A stretch of 64,000 nt of DNA. It comes from Cetorhinus maximus (taxonomy: Eukaryota). Below are positions 51,818-64,000 of this stretch, piece after piece. Location of the stretch: the NCBI RefSeq assembly GCF_964194155.1, contig NC_135887.1, positions 39,060,001 through 39,124,000 on the forward strand, in the 5' to 3' direction. The notes under the pieces are model-generated. The model was given only the letters and a program-made list of their open reading frames with translations. It was not told the DNA's origin and did not search any database. How positions within the stretch are numbered: position 1 is the stretch's first letter; each line of letters starts with the position of its first letter. Position numbers and translations under genes: made by a program.

Positions 51818-52400
51818 CAACAACTTGCATTTTATATCACCTTTAATGTAGAACAATGTCCCCCAGCACTTCAAGTGTAATCAGACAAAAATAAGCCAAG
51901 GAATAAGATACTGAGTGGTGTGATCAAATGCTCAATCATAGAGCTGGGTTTTTAAGAAGGTCATAAAGAGAGAGGAATTTAGGAAGGGAATTTCAGAGTA
52001 TGCAGTCTACATGACTATAGATACAGCATCCAACAAAGGGGCAAAGGGAAGAAGGGATACATCAGGCCAGATTCAGAGGAACTAAGGGCGAATTGTAGGG
52101 CTGGAGGATGATGCAGAAAGAGAGAGCGCAATATTAAACGTGGGGACAAGAATTTTAAATTGGAAGAATTAGGTGGAAGAATGCAGGGAAGAATTTGCGC
52201 AGCAGGATTTAGATGAGCTGAAGTTTACAGAAAATGGGCAATAGGAAATTGCTCAGGAGAGCATCGGAATACTCAAAGCTGGAAGTGGCAACAACATGGA
52301 TGAAAATTTCAGTAGCAGCTGGTAGATTGTCTTTGTGATGTAGAAGATAAATGGTCAGAAGGTCAAACAGAGGTAAATAGGAAGCCAAGGTTGCAAACAA
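51818..52400 (-). mobile_element. L2-like LINE 3' fragment
   Basis: CAACAACTTGCATTT tail and an L2-like body. Confidence 0.6.
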
Positions 52401-52685
52401 TCTTATTCAATCAAAGTATGAGGCATATTCATGTGCCATATATACAGGCGATGGATGGTTACAAGGGAACCTGGAACAATGAATTGTTATCATTGCAAAA
52501 TTGGTCACGATATAGTGACAGGAATGCAGTTTGAGATTATTGGAGTATCAAGTGGAGCATGGTCCATAAGAGATTTCTTTAAAAGGGCAGATTTCCAACA
52601 TTGGATCCATTGCATTTAGTAACTATCAGATTCTGTATGTTACCTTCTCACTCCTAATTGTGGTTAAAGCTGTTTCACAACTCAC

Positions 52686-52750
52686 ATGTCAATCGTTCTT
52701 CCAGGTCACCTATTTCCACTCGGCTGCCTTTAGATTCTTGCAATTCAGAG
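52686..52750 (-). CDS. Collagen-C1q gene, coding exon 3 (SELQESKGSRVEIGDLEERLT)
   Basis: Long pyrimidine tract ..CTCTTCTTTTGCCAG| and donor |GTGAGT. 65 nt, phase 2 in and phase 1 out, matching both neighbours. Confidence 0.75.
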
Positions 52751-53290
52751 CTGGCAAAAGAAGAGGAGATAAATGGAAAAAAAGAGTAGTTCTATGAATA
52801 TTTTTGATAACAATGGACAGCCCTGGTGTGGAATTTGAATACAGTTTGGAACAGTAAGAATGCAAATTGGTTGCGGCACATTAAATAGAGTACAACTTTC
52901 CTCACACTGGATCCAAAGTAGGAAGTAGAGTGTTTGGCGAAATCTAACTACTGCTCTTACTTTCAATGGTGTTATCCAAAAAGACCTTAAACCTTTTCAG
53001 GTTAAGTACAGCGCATAGTATAGGAATTCCTTCTGTGTTTCAGACACCTACATTCCATCTGCAACCTTCAAACTATAGGCTAGCACGCAGTTTCAAGTGA
53101 AATTTTGGGAAGTCTGCTCCTTTCCATCACTTGCTGGTTAAATGAGATGAAGGAAATGCATTTGAAATGGTGAGCCCAGATGAATAGAGAAAGGTATCAA
53201 GAAACTTTCTTCTTCCTCGATTCCGAACAATCCCTTTAAAACGACAGTTTGGAAGCATGATCACTCAGTTACTGAGAGAAAACACACTAT

Positions 53291-53915
53291 TGGCTGAATT
53301 TCCCAGCCCCATGATGGTGAGATTGGAGACAGAAAAATAGTGGACAGCTGCCTCCAGATGACATTCTTGTGCCAGGGAACAGATCAGCTGCCCACTGAAT
53401 GGAGGTAGGCAGCCAATTTACTTACTTAAAATGCCACTTAGAAGTAATTTTGCAGCACCACTGGCATCTTGCCAAATGCAGAGTGGCTTCCTGCCATGTG
53501 CGAAGGCTGCCAGTTCCATGAAGGCAGCTTCCTTGCCGCAGGTCGTGGATCATTGGAGCCAGAGGTTGGATGTCATCAGGAAAGGCCACACCCACAACCA
53601 AAATAATGCCGCCTCTAATGAGAGGGCCCTACTGGCTTGTCCCATATGAAACTTTTGCCTCCAAGGGCACCTACATATTGACGCTCTCCTGTGGTATCTG
53701 AGCTGCTTCAACAACACCCACCTCTCAAGGCAGAGCTGCAGGAGCTGCTCTGATTGGGCCAGAATTGAGCTTGATCGTGTGAGAGCCCACACAAGGATGG
53801 CAAACATGGGGACAGTCAATTAGGAGGCATCCTTTAGAAACATTGTTTCGCCAGCCTCAGGAGCCCTTTTTCAACCTGACACCAGGATCCTGAACCCCAT
53901 GGGAAAATCCAGCCC
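53291..53915. mobile_element. Harbinger-type MITE, diverged
   Basis: GGCTGAATTTCCC...GGGAAAATCCAGCCC termini. Confidence 0.6.
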
Positions 53916-54411
53916 AAGTGATTAACTTCTCTGTCAGAAGCAATAAATATTTATACTGTTAGAAGTTTGGGTGAAGTCAGGCTAAATATGGTTTCCTTTC
54001 ATTAGTTCTCTGACTTCCTCCAACCCCTACTAATAACCGTTAGACGGCACTACAGAAAGAAACACACAACGAGCACTGTTCATTCAGTAGGAACAGGAAA
54101 AAGTCTAATCTTCTTCAGATAAATTTCAGAAGCTGTCACAGGTCAGGTGGTCCTTATCTGTGTGGGTTTAGATCTCCATTTTGCCCTGTGGCATCACTTA
54201 AGCCAAGTTTCAAAATGAGGTAGCTGTGGGGTGTCTAAGGTAGTCCCACATTTAGAAATATCACAAACCCCAGGGTCAAGAAGGCAGTTCACCACCACCT
54301 TCTCGAGGACAATTAGGGATGGGCAAGAAACGCTGGCCTAGCCAGTGATGCCCACATCCCATGAATGAATAAAAAGATGATACAGAACTGCAGAATATTC
54401 CCAGCTCCAAT

Positions 54412-56441
54412 CCCTACCTGAACATTTTGACATCATTTTTGCATTCAATGCACTCAAAAACTATCAGCAATCATTCTAATTTAGAATGAGTTTGAGCGCA
54501 GATTAGCAGCAATTTGCGATCTTTGCCATCAAATGGCAAAAGATGTTTGAAGGCATCGAGTGCGTTCAAAGCTATCCAGTGCCCTCAAAACTATCAAGGG
54601 TGCTTAAAGCTATCTAATGAGCTCAAAGCTATCCAATGCACTCAAAGGTAACCAATGCGCTTAGCAATCTGCATTGAAAAATACAAGCAAGCTAATTACT
54701 TATATAATATCTGAATTTATTTAGTTTTTTTCATTTAGATCAGAAGTTCTTTCCACAGTCCAGTACATGCTTGAGAGCAGGCACCAGATTCCCATCAGTT
54801 AATTCATTTTTGTCTAAGGTGCTATGCTTTTCGCCCACCCAACCCCCAAGTTCAAAGGCTAAACTCTCCACCTGCTCCCCCACACCCTGAGTTCCAGGGC
54901 CTAAACTCTTTTCCCCCCAACCCCAGTCTCCTCCACCACCACAACAGTCTCAGGGTTTAAACTCTCACACCCCACCCCAGTCTCAGGATCTAAAATCTTG
55001 ATCCTGTATCCTCTCTCTCCAGTCTCCAAACTCTTCCCCATCCCCACCCCATCTCCAAACACTTCCCCCCTCTCCCTCCCATCTCCAAACTCTTCCCCTC
55101 TCTCCCTCCAGTCTCCAAACTCTTCCTCCCCCCACCTTCCCATCTCTAAATTCTTCCCCTCTCTCCCGCTAGACTCTTTCCCCTTCTCCAAACTTTTACC
55201 CTTTCTCAAACCAAACTCTTACCTCCTCCCTCCAAAACCTTACCCTCCTCTCCCTCTCCAGCCTCCAGGCCTTGGGCCTAGCTGAACTCCAGGCTCTGGG
55301 CTCTGCTGAAATCCAGGCCTTGGGCCCCGCAGAACTCGGAAACACAGGCCTCTCCCTGGAGGTCAGGCTGCCTCCGAGTCTCTCCACCATTTCCACTCCC
55401 TATCCCCCCAGATACTTATCTCATTGCCAGCTCCCTGGCTGCTCCCATGCCAGTTCAAAACTGCATCGGGACCGACCTCACCATCACCTCTGTTCCGTCT
55501 GGCCTTGCAACCTGAACCCTGGTTAGAGGAAGAGGAAAGCTGGAAGAGGAAAGATGGAAGGGAAGGATGAAAGAGGGAACGGAGGAAGAAAGAGGGAAGG
55601 TGTGAAGAAAGAGGAAAGGGGCAAAGAAAGAGGGAAGGGGAGAAGAAAGAGGGAAGGGGAAGAAGGAGGAAAGGGAAACTATAGAGGGAAAGGGGAAGAA
55701 AGAGCGAAGGGGAGAAGAAAGAGAGCAGGGGAAGAAGGAGGGAAGGGGAATAAGGAGGGAAGTGGGAAAGATAGACGGAAGGGGAGAAAAAGAGGAAAGG
55801 GGGAAGAAAGAGGGAAGGGGAGAAAGAATGCGAGATGGGGGAAGGGGAGAGAGGGGAAGCGAACTGCTGTAATTAGGGGGGAGGGCGGGTTGATGGGGGT
55901 TTAGGGATGAAAGAAAATTGCTTGGAGGGGGTGGTTGGTGATGGACAAAATTTCTCTGTTGGTGGTGCAAAAAAGTGCTGCAATAGGTGGGGGGGGTGGT
56001 GGGAGCTGCAATAGGTGGGGGGGAGGTGGGTGAGGGATGGCACTGGGTGTGCTGGCAGGGTTGTGTTACACTATAAGTTATGAAGAAAAACATAAAACCA
56101 GCTCATTCAAACTTCTGTTAAAATTTGATTTTTCTAAAGTTAGCTCAGTTTTAGGGTGTTTGAAGCTATGAAAATTTAGAAATGTGGAAAATAAGCTTTG
56201 ATCATTTTGGTTTCTGAATGTTTAATGTTAATCACAAATGTTTGAGTACTGCGGTTTGGGGCAATTGATGACATTGATGTCAGCTATCTTACTTGCAATG
56301 TTAAATGATAGCTAAATGATTGCTTTAGAGTGCAATTGATATCAAATGATAGTTCTTGATTGCATTCGACTGCATTTGATGGCAAATGATAGCTAAATGA
56401 TTGCTCTTGAATGCAAATGATGTCAACATTTGTGGGTCGGG
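54412..56441. mobile_element. Non-autonomous DNA transposon with CCC...GGG ends and subterminal repeats (EnSpm/CACTA-like?)
   Basis: Left end CCCTACC..TTGACATCATTTTTGCATTCAA matches the reverse complement of the right end TTGAATGCAAATGATGTCAA..GGTCGGG. Tandem AATGCACTCAAAGCTATC-like units lie near both ends. Confidence 0.6.
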
Positions 56442-56943
56442 TAAATTTACTTCACAGAATAGCATAGGCATCTACCAAAGCACATTTATTATGCACTCAA
56501 TTTGATTCAAACCGTGTTCATTGATCTGAGGTTTTGTTTGGTCTAATCCCTGATCTCTGAGAACAGCAGCCCACAGCACAAGTGTGATTGTAATTCATCA
56601 ATGATTGGTTAGTCTGAGCTGTGAGAATAGCTGGTATGACACTGGAAATGTCACCCTGGTACAGTAGGACTTGGCCTCCTGTTCCAGCCTTGACTCCTGA
56701 GTGACTTGGCTGACTCTAGAGAGGTAGTTCTACTGGCACCTGGAATTGCATATGGCAGCAGAATATGGGTGGTGAGGATTTCCTATACTTTTGATTGATT
56801 CCAATGAATGTGTGTCAGTGATTAGGATAACCTGGGGTTCCCATTCTACACAGTACAGTCCCACCATGAATCCAACATTGTTACTGTGTCACCATTTACA
56901 GACAGCCCAGTGTGAGAGCAAGACTATTGAAGGAAATACCTAC

Positions 56944-56983
56944 GTGAATGCTTGATCCTTTTGTCCAATGGATTCCTCAGAAT
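56944..56983 (-). CDS. Collagen-C1q gene, coding exon 2 (DSEESIGQKDQAFT)
   Basis: Acceptor ..TGATCTGTCTCTGTAG| and donor |GTAGGT. 40 nt, phase 1 in and phase 2 out. Confidence 0.7.
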
Positions 56984-57069
56984 CTACAGAGACAGATCAG
57001 GAAAAGGACATGTCAGTCTCACAGCACAAGGTTCAGAGACAAATCTACCAGTTTGACGATAGAGTTTCT

Positions 57070-58956
57070 ACCAGAAATTTTCCCCCCTACCCCCCAGCAC
57101 CAGGACCGGTCTGGCAGATGGGGTCGGCGGGGGAGGTGGTGGGTGGTTTTGGGCATGCATAAATCAGTTAGGATGTCATGGGGCACCATGCCTATTGCCA
57201 ATCTGCCTCAGCAGAAATTTTAGCAGTGCTGGGGGGCTGTCAGTCAGTCCATCTTGGGCCAACTGAGGCCCTTATGTGGGCAATTAATGGCCAATGTCAC
57301 CAGCAGCAATGGTGGTGCCCATGCCACATGGCAGGGCTGCCAGGTATGCTCCGGTGGCCTGACTGCGGGGGGTGAGGGGTGGCGGTGGTGGGGGTGGGGG
57401 GACAGGTGGCAATGGTGGAGGGGCTTGGCCTTCCTGCTCTTTCACCCTGTTTCCAGTGGAAAGAGCTGTTCCAACTTGATCACTTGATCAGCCCCCCCGG
57501 CCTCTCAATCACTGCCCCACCCCTCACTGGGACCTCCCTTACTGTCTCAGGTGAGGTTGCCACACTTTCCTTATTCTCCAGCTTCCATTGCTATTCCTGG
57601 TAGGGAATCAGCTGCAGTCTCAAGTGGCCACCGCCCCCACTGCCCTCTGATTGGCTGGAAGCTCTTGGAGTAGGGACAGCTGTGCTCATGGGGGCTGAAG
57701 TCACAATCTCAGGCCACACAAAATTGCACCATGGCTTCCCAAGGCAGCAGAGGTGGGTTCGCCCCTGTTGGGTGGGGTCACCTCCTCTGCTTTAAATCCC
57801 AGCCAATGTTTCCATTTCAATAGATAGCAGCTGAATTTATGGTTAAAGTGTAATGTTTCATCCAACTTAATATGGGATTAAATCACAGTTAATGTAATAT
57901 CACAGAGAAAAGGAAATATATCTCACACAGGTTCTCAAGTTTAACAGCTTCTGTTAATTAAATACTGAATCCTAACCCTTTATTTTTCCTGTAAGATTCC
58001 TCTCGATTGTTACTGCATAAACTCAATGGTAACTTCAGCAGAGCTCACCGATGCTCAGATTGTGTTCTGCTAGGTCCCCTCAGCTTCCGATCTCATTACA
58101 GCCTTGGTCCAAATGTGGCAAAAAAAGCTGAATTCCAGAGTTGAGGTGAGAGTGACTACCCTTGACATCAAGGCGACATTTGACCAAGTCTGGTATCCAG
58201 CATCCCTAACAAAATTGAATTCAATGACAAGCAATGGGAAAGCTCAACACTGGCTGGCATTATACCTGGCACAAAGAAAGATGGCTATATATGGAATTGT
58301 ATACAATGTACAGCATAGAAACAGCCCACCCCCAACATGTCTGTAATGTTATGGGATGGGGTGTGGTGGGCGAGGCCCAGGGCAGCCTGCCCGCCCTCAA
58401 ACAAATGAGGCCCTTAACTGGCCATTGGCCACTCTTTTGGCTGGAAGGAGGAGTTCAGGGGGAAGCCCGGCAGGTCACGCTGCTCAGGGGGCTTGGGCAG
58501 AAAAAGTTTGGGTGGGGGGGAGGTCACCTCCATCACTGGCCCCTTTTCCAGATTGGGCATCTCACCCCCATCCCCTACCCCTCCCTCGGGTGGTCCGTCC
58601 CAACCTGACCTTGCCATCAAAACCCTATCCCGCTCTCCCCACTACTCCGGGACTGGTCTCCCATCCTTGCCATAAGACGTCAAACCTACTTGACCCTGGG
58701 GGCTCCAGCACTTAGACTGGCAGCAGTGGACACCACTCGATATGATGCTGTTGGGACTACAGAGATGCTGGCCACTCAGATTGGCTGTCAATCTCAGCTG
58801 TCTGAGACAAGATTTCTGCCTGAGTTAGGAGCAAGTTCCTGCCTCCAGCCAATTAACGCTCCTTGGAGCATTGAATGGCTGCGGGCAGCTGTGACCAACA
58901 AGGATGCATTCCCTGTCAACTCTTCAGGTGAGCCCGCCATCTGAAAAATCCTGCCC
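57070..58956. mobile_element. Two diverged GC-rich Harbinger-type MITE remnants (~57070-57805 and ~58350-58956) with a LINE fragment between
   Basis: Right ends AAATCCCAGCC and AAAAATCCTGCCC; internal GAGGCCCTTAA-type motifs shared with other MITEs. Confidence 0.5.
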
Positions 58957-59939
58957 TTAACAATAGCATTGGAAATCCATTACTCGGTCCCATCCTTTCA
59001 TAAACTTAAGACCCAATTTTTCAAGTTATTTCGCTGAATTTCAATGATTTTTTACCAATGAAATCCTGAATTGTGATATTACTAACACATGAATGTTGCA
59101 CATGTCAATTCTAACCCTGATGTCCGGTAGCTTGTTTTATAACATTGTTTTGTATACATTCCATCCTCATATCGATATAAAGCGTATTGTTATATCAATA
59201 AGTGAAATGGTCCAAGCAGAAATCCAGGTTAATGGTAACATAGAGATATTTACCCCAAATTTAGCTGGTTAAAAAGCTTTAAACCAAGCAATTAAGAAGC
59301 CTGCATAAGGTAGAATTGCTGATTCGTTGAGGAGGCACTCTCCCCATATTTGATCAGATCACAGAGAATGTGCTAACCTACATTTAGGGATCCCCGAGCA
59401 CACAGAGAAGCATTGGAGTTTGACTGATGAAAAAATGAAGTACTAGAGTAGAGAAATGGTAAGTTTCTCATTTCGTGACCAGCTAAGACCACCTACTCAT
59501 TAAGGCACACACTTTCAGGGGCACTTCAAGCTGATCAAAAAGAATCCCCCTTCTCAGCGATAGTTGCAGTTTTCACCATTGAATCAGCCATGCCTAGAGT
59601 TCATGGAGAATGCACAATTGGATGTGTGCCTTATGTGGTACAAAACATAACTTGCAGTAGGACTGTGCTGCCATAAAGGGGAAAGGATCAATACATCTTT
59701 CATTCCTTCTCAGCACAGTCCTGAAGAACCATGTCCAAGCCTACACCAGAGACTTTCTGTATAGTGAAGATGTTGAACATCTTGGGCCCACACATTCTGA
59801 TTTGAGCTAGTCCATATTTAATTAATCAATCATATTTGTAATGCCTTAAAAGTATCAGCACAAATATGTAATTGAATCTCTTTATTCCCAGGGGTTATGT
59901 GAAGAAGACAGATCTAAGGAGTTGGGCTCAGTCTCTTAC

Positions 59940-60012
59940 CTACTAGGGATGCATGACTCTGACACAGGAAAAGCCCAGGGAGAAGCACGCCCAGGACCCA
60001 AATAGGTGCCAT
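59940..60012 (-). CDS. Collagen-C1q gene, coding exon 1: signal peptide MAPIWVLGVLLPGLFLCQSHASLV
   Basis: Acceptor TTTTTTTCAG|A-ATG, hydrophobic core ending in S-H-A, donor G|GTAAGA (phase 1). Confidence 0.85.
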
Positions 60013-60346
60013 TCTGAAAAAAAGCAAACACATTTAGTACATGAGTTTAGCTGAGCGTTCAGTAAATGGAGCTGAGAATAATGGAAATTCAGCTGATTTT
60101 GAAACTATAATAATCAACTAAGGAACCTAAGAAAATCACTGACTCTTCATTTCCAATTCTAGATATCCTGACCCTAACTCTAAAACTCATCCCAAGTATG
60201 AAAGTGGGATTTAGTTCTTCAAATTCTTGTTTACATGTTAATATCCCAGCTGTAACCTTAATTCTAATGTTGATACAACAAGGGCCTGCAGATTGCCAGC
60301 GAATGACCTACGCAGCCCCCAAAATTGGTGGCAGACTGTCACTCAC

Positions 60347-60425
60347 CTCAGGCTTTCAGATCCTCTCTGAAAATGTTTCAGAATCTCAGTCTTTTAAATA
60401 ACTTAGTCCCTCCCATAATTTGCAT
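60347..60425 (-). promoter_or_regulatory. Candidate core promoter and short non-coding first exon of the collagen-C1q gene
   Basis: On the minus strand: octamer ATGCAAAT (60425-60418), TATTTAAAAG (60400-60391), then donor GAG|GTGAGT at 60346. Confidence 0.55.
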
Positions 60426-60954
60426 AATACGGTCCCTTTCTGGCTTGTCACTGTACACAGTGAGTTATTTGGTTTATACAATGCCAGGCACTGAGCGGAA
60501 TCAATCACTCAGTGTCAACAGCTTTAAAGGGACCTTTCTGCTGACTGAAACCCCAGATTGAGTATTAGAGACCAATTCCCCTTAAGAAATCTACAAACAA
60601 AATGGCAAATTTTGTGCTGCTCTCTAGCATTTTTCTGTGGCTTCCCTTCACAATTCCTCAGGTTATTAGATGCTTTTAGTGACATGTCCAATACCTAGCA
60701 AAAGTCAGAGAAGGGTGGGAAGCAGGTCTTGGTCATTGTGCACCTAGTAATGAACTACATGGTGAAGGTGCTTAGTTTATTTAGTTCCTTCCTGAATATG
60801 AAACAGAAGCAGGTGCTGAAGTTAAAGCAAAGAACATTCTTTCCAATGGATCTGCACTGATGTTTTTCTCCACATTAACTGCTGAGTCTAATTTCACTCT
60901 CCTGCTTGCTTCCACAACCTTTAATATACCTCTTTTCCAACTAAATATTGTCTG

Positions 60955-61310
60955 AAAGTCTGAAGTCATTCTCTTCCACCAGAAACCCTGTTCCCTAACT
61001 CCAACCCCATCCCCCTCCCTGGCACCTGTCTGAGAAAGAACTGAACCATTTGCAACCTCAGTGTCACACTTAACCCCGAGATGGGCCTCCCACCAGATAT
61101 CCATGCCATCACTAAGACCCTCTACTTTCACCTCTGTAACATTGCTCAACTGCCCTGCTGCCTCAGCTCATCTGCTGCTGAAACCCTCAGTCGTGCCTTT
61201 GTTATCTCTAGACAAGGGCAACTAGGGGTGGGCAATAAATGCTGGCCCAGCCAGCGAAGCCCACATCCCACGAATGAATAAAGAAAAAAAACTTGACTAT
61301 TCCAATGCAA
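60955..61310 (+). mobile_element. L2-like fragment with a short nested LINE tail (61215-61290)
   Basis: IHAITKTLYFHLCNIA..AETLSRAFVISR|LDYSN is an L2 RT C-terminal motif split by the insert. Confidence 0.65.
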
Positions 61311-62016
61311 TCTCGGCATATTCCAATGCTATAATGTTAAGCGACGCTGCAATTTTAAAATTTGCATCCCTGACAATGATTTACCTCATGTTTAAAAACA
61401 AAAAATACATTGTGTGCTTATGAATTCCTTCTCACTGGGAAACAATAGGACTACATGTGATGGAAGTAAATATGGCATTGCATGCCCCCTCAACCTGGCT
61501 ATTGTATCCTCATGAGAAGTCACATGTTAGACTGATTCTAGACAGATGGCATTTGCCTATAGCATGTATATCAGATTGTCTCTGTCAATGCCAATTCCTG
61601 ACTAACATCATGGGTTCCTTTTTTTTAAAACTAACATTTTCCCTATTTTATTAATCCTTGTCCTCGTCATAGTTCTTAATTGGAAAAAGTGAAACAATTT
61701 TCATTTTGGATATCAACCATTCCCAGATCAAATACAGTAAGTCAGCTTCATAGTTAAGGTTATTCCATTCTGCCTAAACAAAAGATATTGACCGCCAAGC
61801 TTAGAAAAGCACCCCGAACACGACTTGTTCAATTTCTTTTTTATTTCCAAGGCAGCCATCTTCTTTGTGGGATTGGCAATTTAGTCCAAACTGGGTTAAA
61901 TTATGCACAATTTGTACTGAGAGTCAGGCCGATCAGGAACTGGGTAGAGTTTTCCAAAAGTCATTTCGATTAGATTTGCACAGGCAGCACAGCGAGGCCA
62001 TGACCATAATATTATG

Positions 62017-62121
62017 CAAAAGCAGAAAATGCTGGAAAAACTCAGCAGGGCTTACAGCATCTGTGGAGAGAAAAAAAAACAGAGTTAACGTTTCGAGTCC
62101 GTATGACTCTTCCTCAGAGTT
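62017..62121 (-). mobile_element. Isolated Penelope-like terminal repeat with a hammerhead core (62083-62121)
   Basis: Reverse complement reads CUGAGGA-A-GAGUC-AUACG-GACUC-GAAAC-GUU-AACU followed by the pLTR tail. Confidence 0.7.
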
Positions 62122-64000
62122 TTTTTCCCATAAAATTATGGTCTGGGCTAGATTCAAAGTCACAGCTCCAAAGACAAAGGAGACTGCATAAAATTGCTGT
62201 GCACCAATACCCTTAAACCAATTTCCTTCAACTGCATAAAAGCCATAGTTAGGATTATTTGCATCTATGCACTGCAAGAAATTTCAGTCACCACACAAGG
62301 ACAGACAGGGCTCTAACCTTCTGTATCTTCTGTTTCAAGGTCTGGTACAATGGACCAGAAGTAAACTTATATGCCAGAAAATAGAATTAGAAAACTATAG
62401 GTGATTACTTAAACGCAAACATTCAAAGGTTTATTCCAACTTATGTGAGGATGCTAAGTTTGTATTAAGGATGACAATTTGATCCTGATATACTATTTTC
62501 CAGAAAAGACTCATAGAACTGAGATGACCTGATAATTGCAGTACACGTGAGGCATTCACAGTGCAACAACACTTTTCTTCTTTCTAACAAACTAGTTCTA
62601 CAGAATCTTAACTGATCATGTTCACACTGATAACAAGAAGACATAACATTTCACACGTCCCTCAGTCCAAATATAATGAGCCAAATGGTGGAAAATGACC
62701 TGAAACTGATTTAATAATCAATCATTTAATCAGGCTTATGGGTATGCATGGATGGTTTCTGGGAGGGTAGACCTGTTTTTCTTGCTCCACCAGTCACTGC
62801 ACATTATGTTGACTTCTAGCTGGTTATCATGCCCTCAATCAGGCAGACATGTAACAGATTAGATTCTGATTCATCTGAGATATTGTGCACAGTCTCCCAA
62901 CCACAACTGGCTCACTGGGCACTATCGATGGTATAGTTTGTGACCTGAAGCAGTACCCTTGCTCCAGTAAGCACATTAGTGTTGCATTTTATCCAATAAC
63001 ACTGTTGTCAGTCAGGCATAGTTGTAACAGTTTTGTAATATTAAATAGTTTAAAATGTACCTCTGGCTTAACATGATGATTTATCGTTTTAACCATGAGA
63101 TTAAATAACTGCTCAGCTGTCGGACACCAAAAAAAAAACCAGAGGCAAAATATTCTCCCACGAGATGTGGGCACTTTCCCAGGATGTGTAGTTTGCACTG
63201 TTTGCCACAGGAGGAGAACGTGCCTTACAGTTCTCTGCTATGTGCCTTTTTTTTGGGACATCCTGATTTGTTACTGATTTTTACATGAGGAGATGATGAA
63301 ACCCACAAAATAACTTCTTGATCAGGGACTATTTCATCATCTCACTCTGTAGCTATTTCAAAATAGTCCAGTACCTTGGCCAATGATCCCATTTCCAAGG
63401 GGGCTGATAAAAAGTGAATATTAATAAGATTTTTGGTGATCTAGTCAGAAAGCTGGATGGCCGAAGTGAGCGCCTATCTTGCTGGTTAGCAAGCCAACAC
63501 AAATGCCTTCTCCTGGCTTACTGGGCTGCTGATGACTCCCCAAGCTGGAACGTAGAAATACATAGGCTGTGATTTCCTGCCATCCCAGCCATTTTATATC
63601 ATTCACCATTGCCTGTGTTGGGGCAAGGGAGCACAAGTCCCATTTCCAATTAGTCTCCATGGAAAGTACTGGCTGAGACCGGAACGTGGAAGATTGGTTG
63701 CAGATTTTCTTGCCCCTATTTTCCTTGAAAGAGAATAAGCAGAAGTATAGCTTGCCATCTTTCATCTCAGGCTGGGAAATGAACACACTGGGAATAGTCC
63801 CCTTTCTTCCATGCTCACCCAGGGCACCAGCTCATTTTTCACAATCTTACAGCTGGAACTAAACCTTCATGCTGCACTCTGGTTATTGCCTGCTCTAACC
63901 ACTTATGCACTCTGGTTTCATTGCTCCCCTAAAACCAATCATTTGCACGCATAAACAATAAACACTCCCTTCCAATTTATCAATTGCAGTACCCCCACAT

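Noticed and set aside
54901-56093. Pro/Ser-rich and Gly/Arg/Glu-rich ORFs of up to 212 aa
   Set aside because: Low-complexity purine/pyrimidine tracts inside a putative transposon.

Overview
Repeat-dense vertebrate genomic DNA, most consistent with a cartilaginous fish (inferred from the repeat families: CR1/L2 LINEs, Penelope-like elements, Gypsy/Gmr1 LTR elements and Harbinger MITEs). Most of the window is nested, decayed transposons. One apparently intact host gene can be rebuilt on the minus strand from four phase-compatible coding exons (60012-59940, 56983-56944, 52750-52686, 46538-45790). It encodes a 308-aa secreted protein: signal peptide, acidic linker, 38 uninterrupted Gly-X-Y triplets and a C1q domain. 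A candidate octamer+TATA promoter lies upstream. Two host-sequence captures by transposons are visible, each with a cargo-free relative in the same window. (1) An intronless, poly(A)-less CCT4 fragment sits at the centre of a hairpin inside a Harbinger-type MITE with intact TIRs and TSD. (2) A UACA-family coiled-coil fragment replaces RT/RNase H in a Gypsy element. A Penelope-like element carries inverted terminal repeats with minimal hammerhead ribozyme motifs. All calls were made by eye, with family names from remembered motifs; boundaries without a TSD are approximate.
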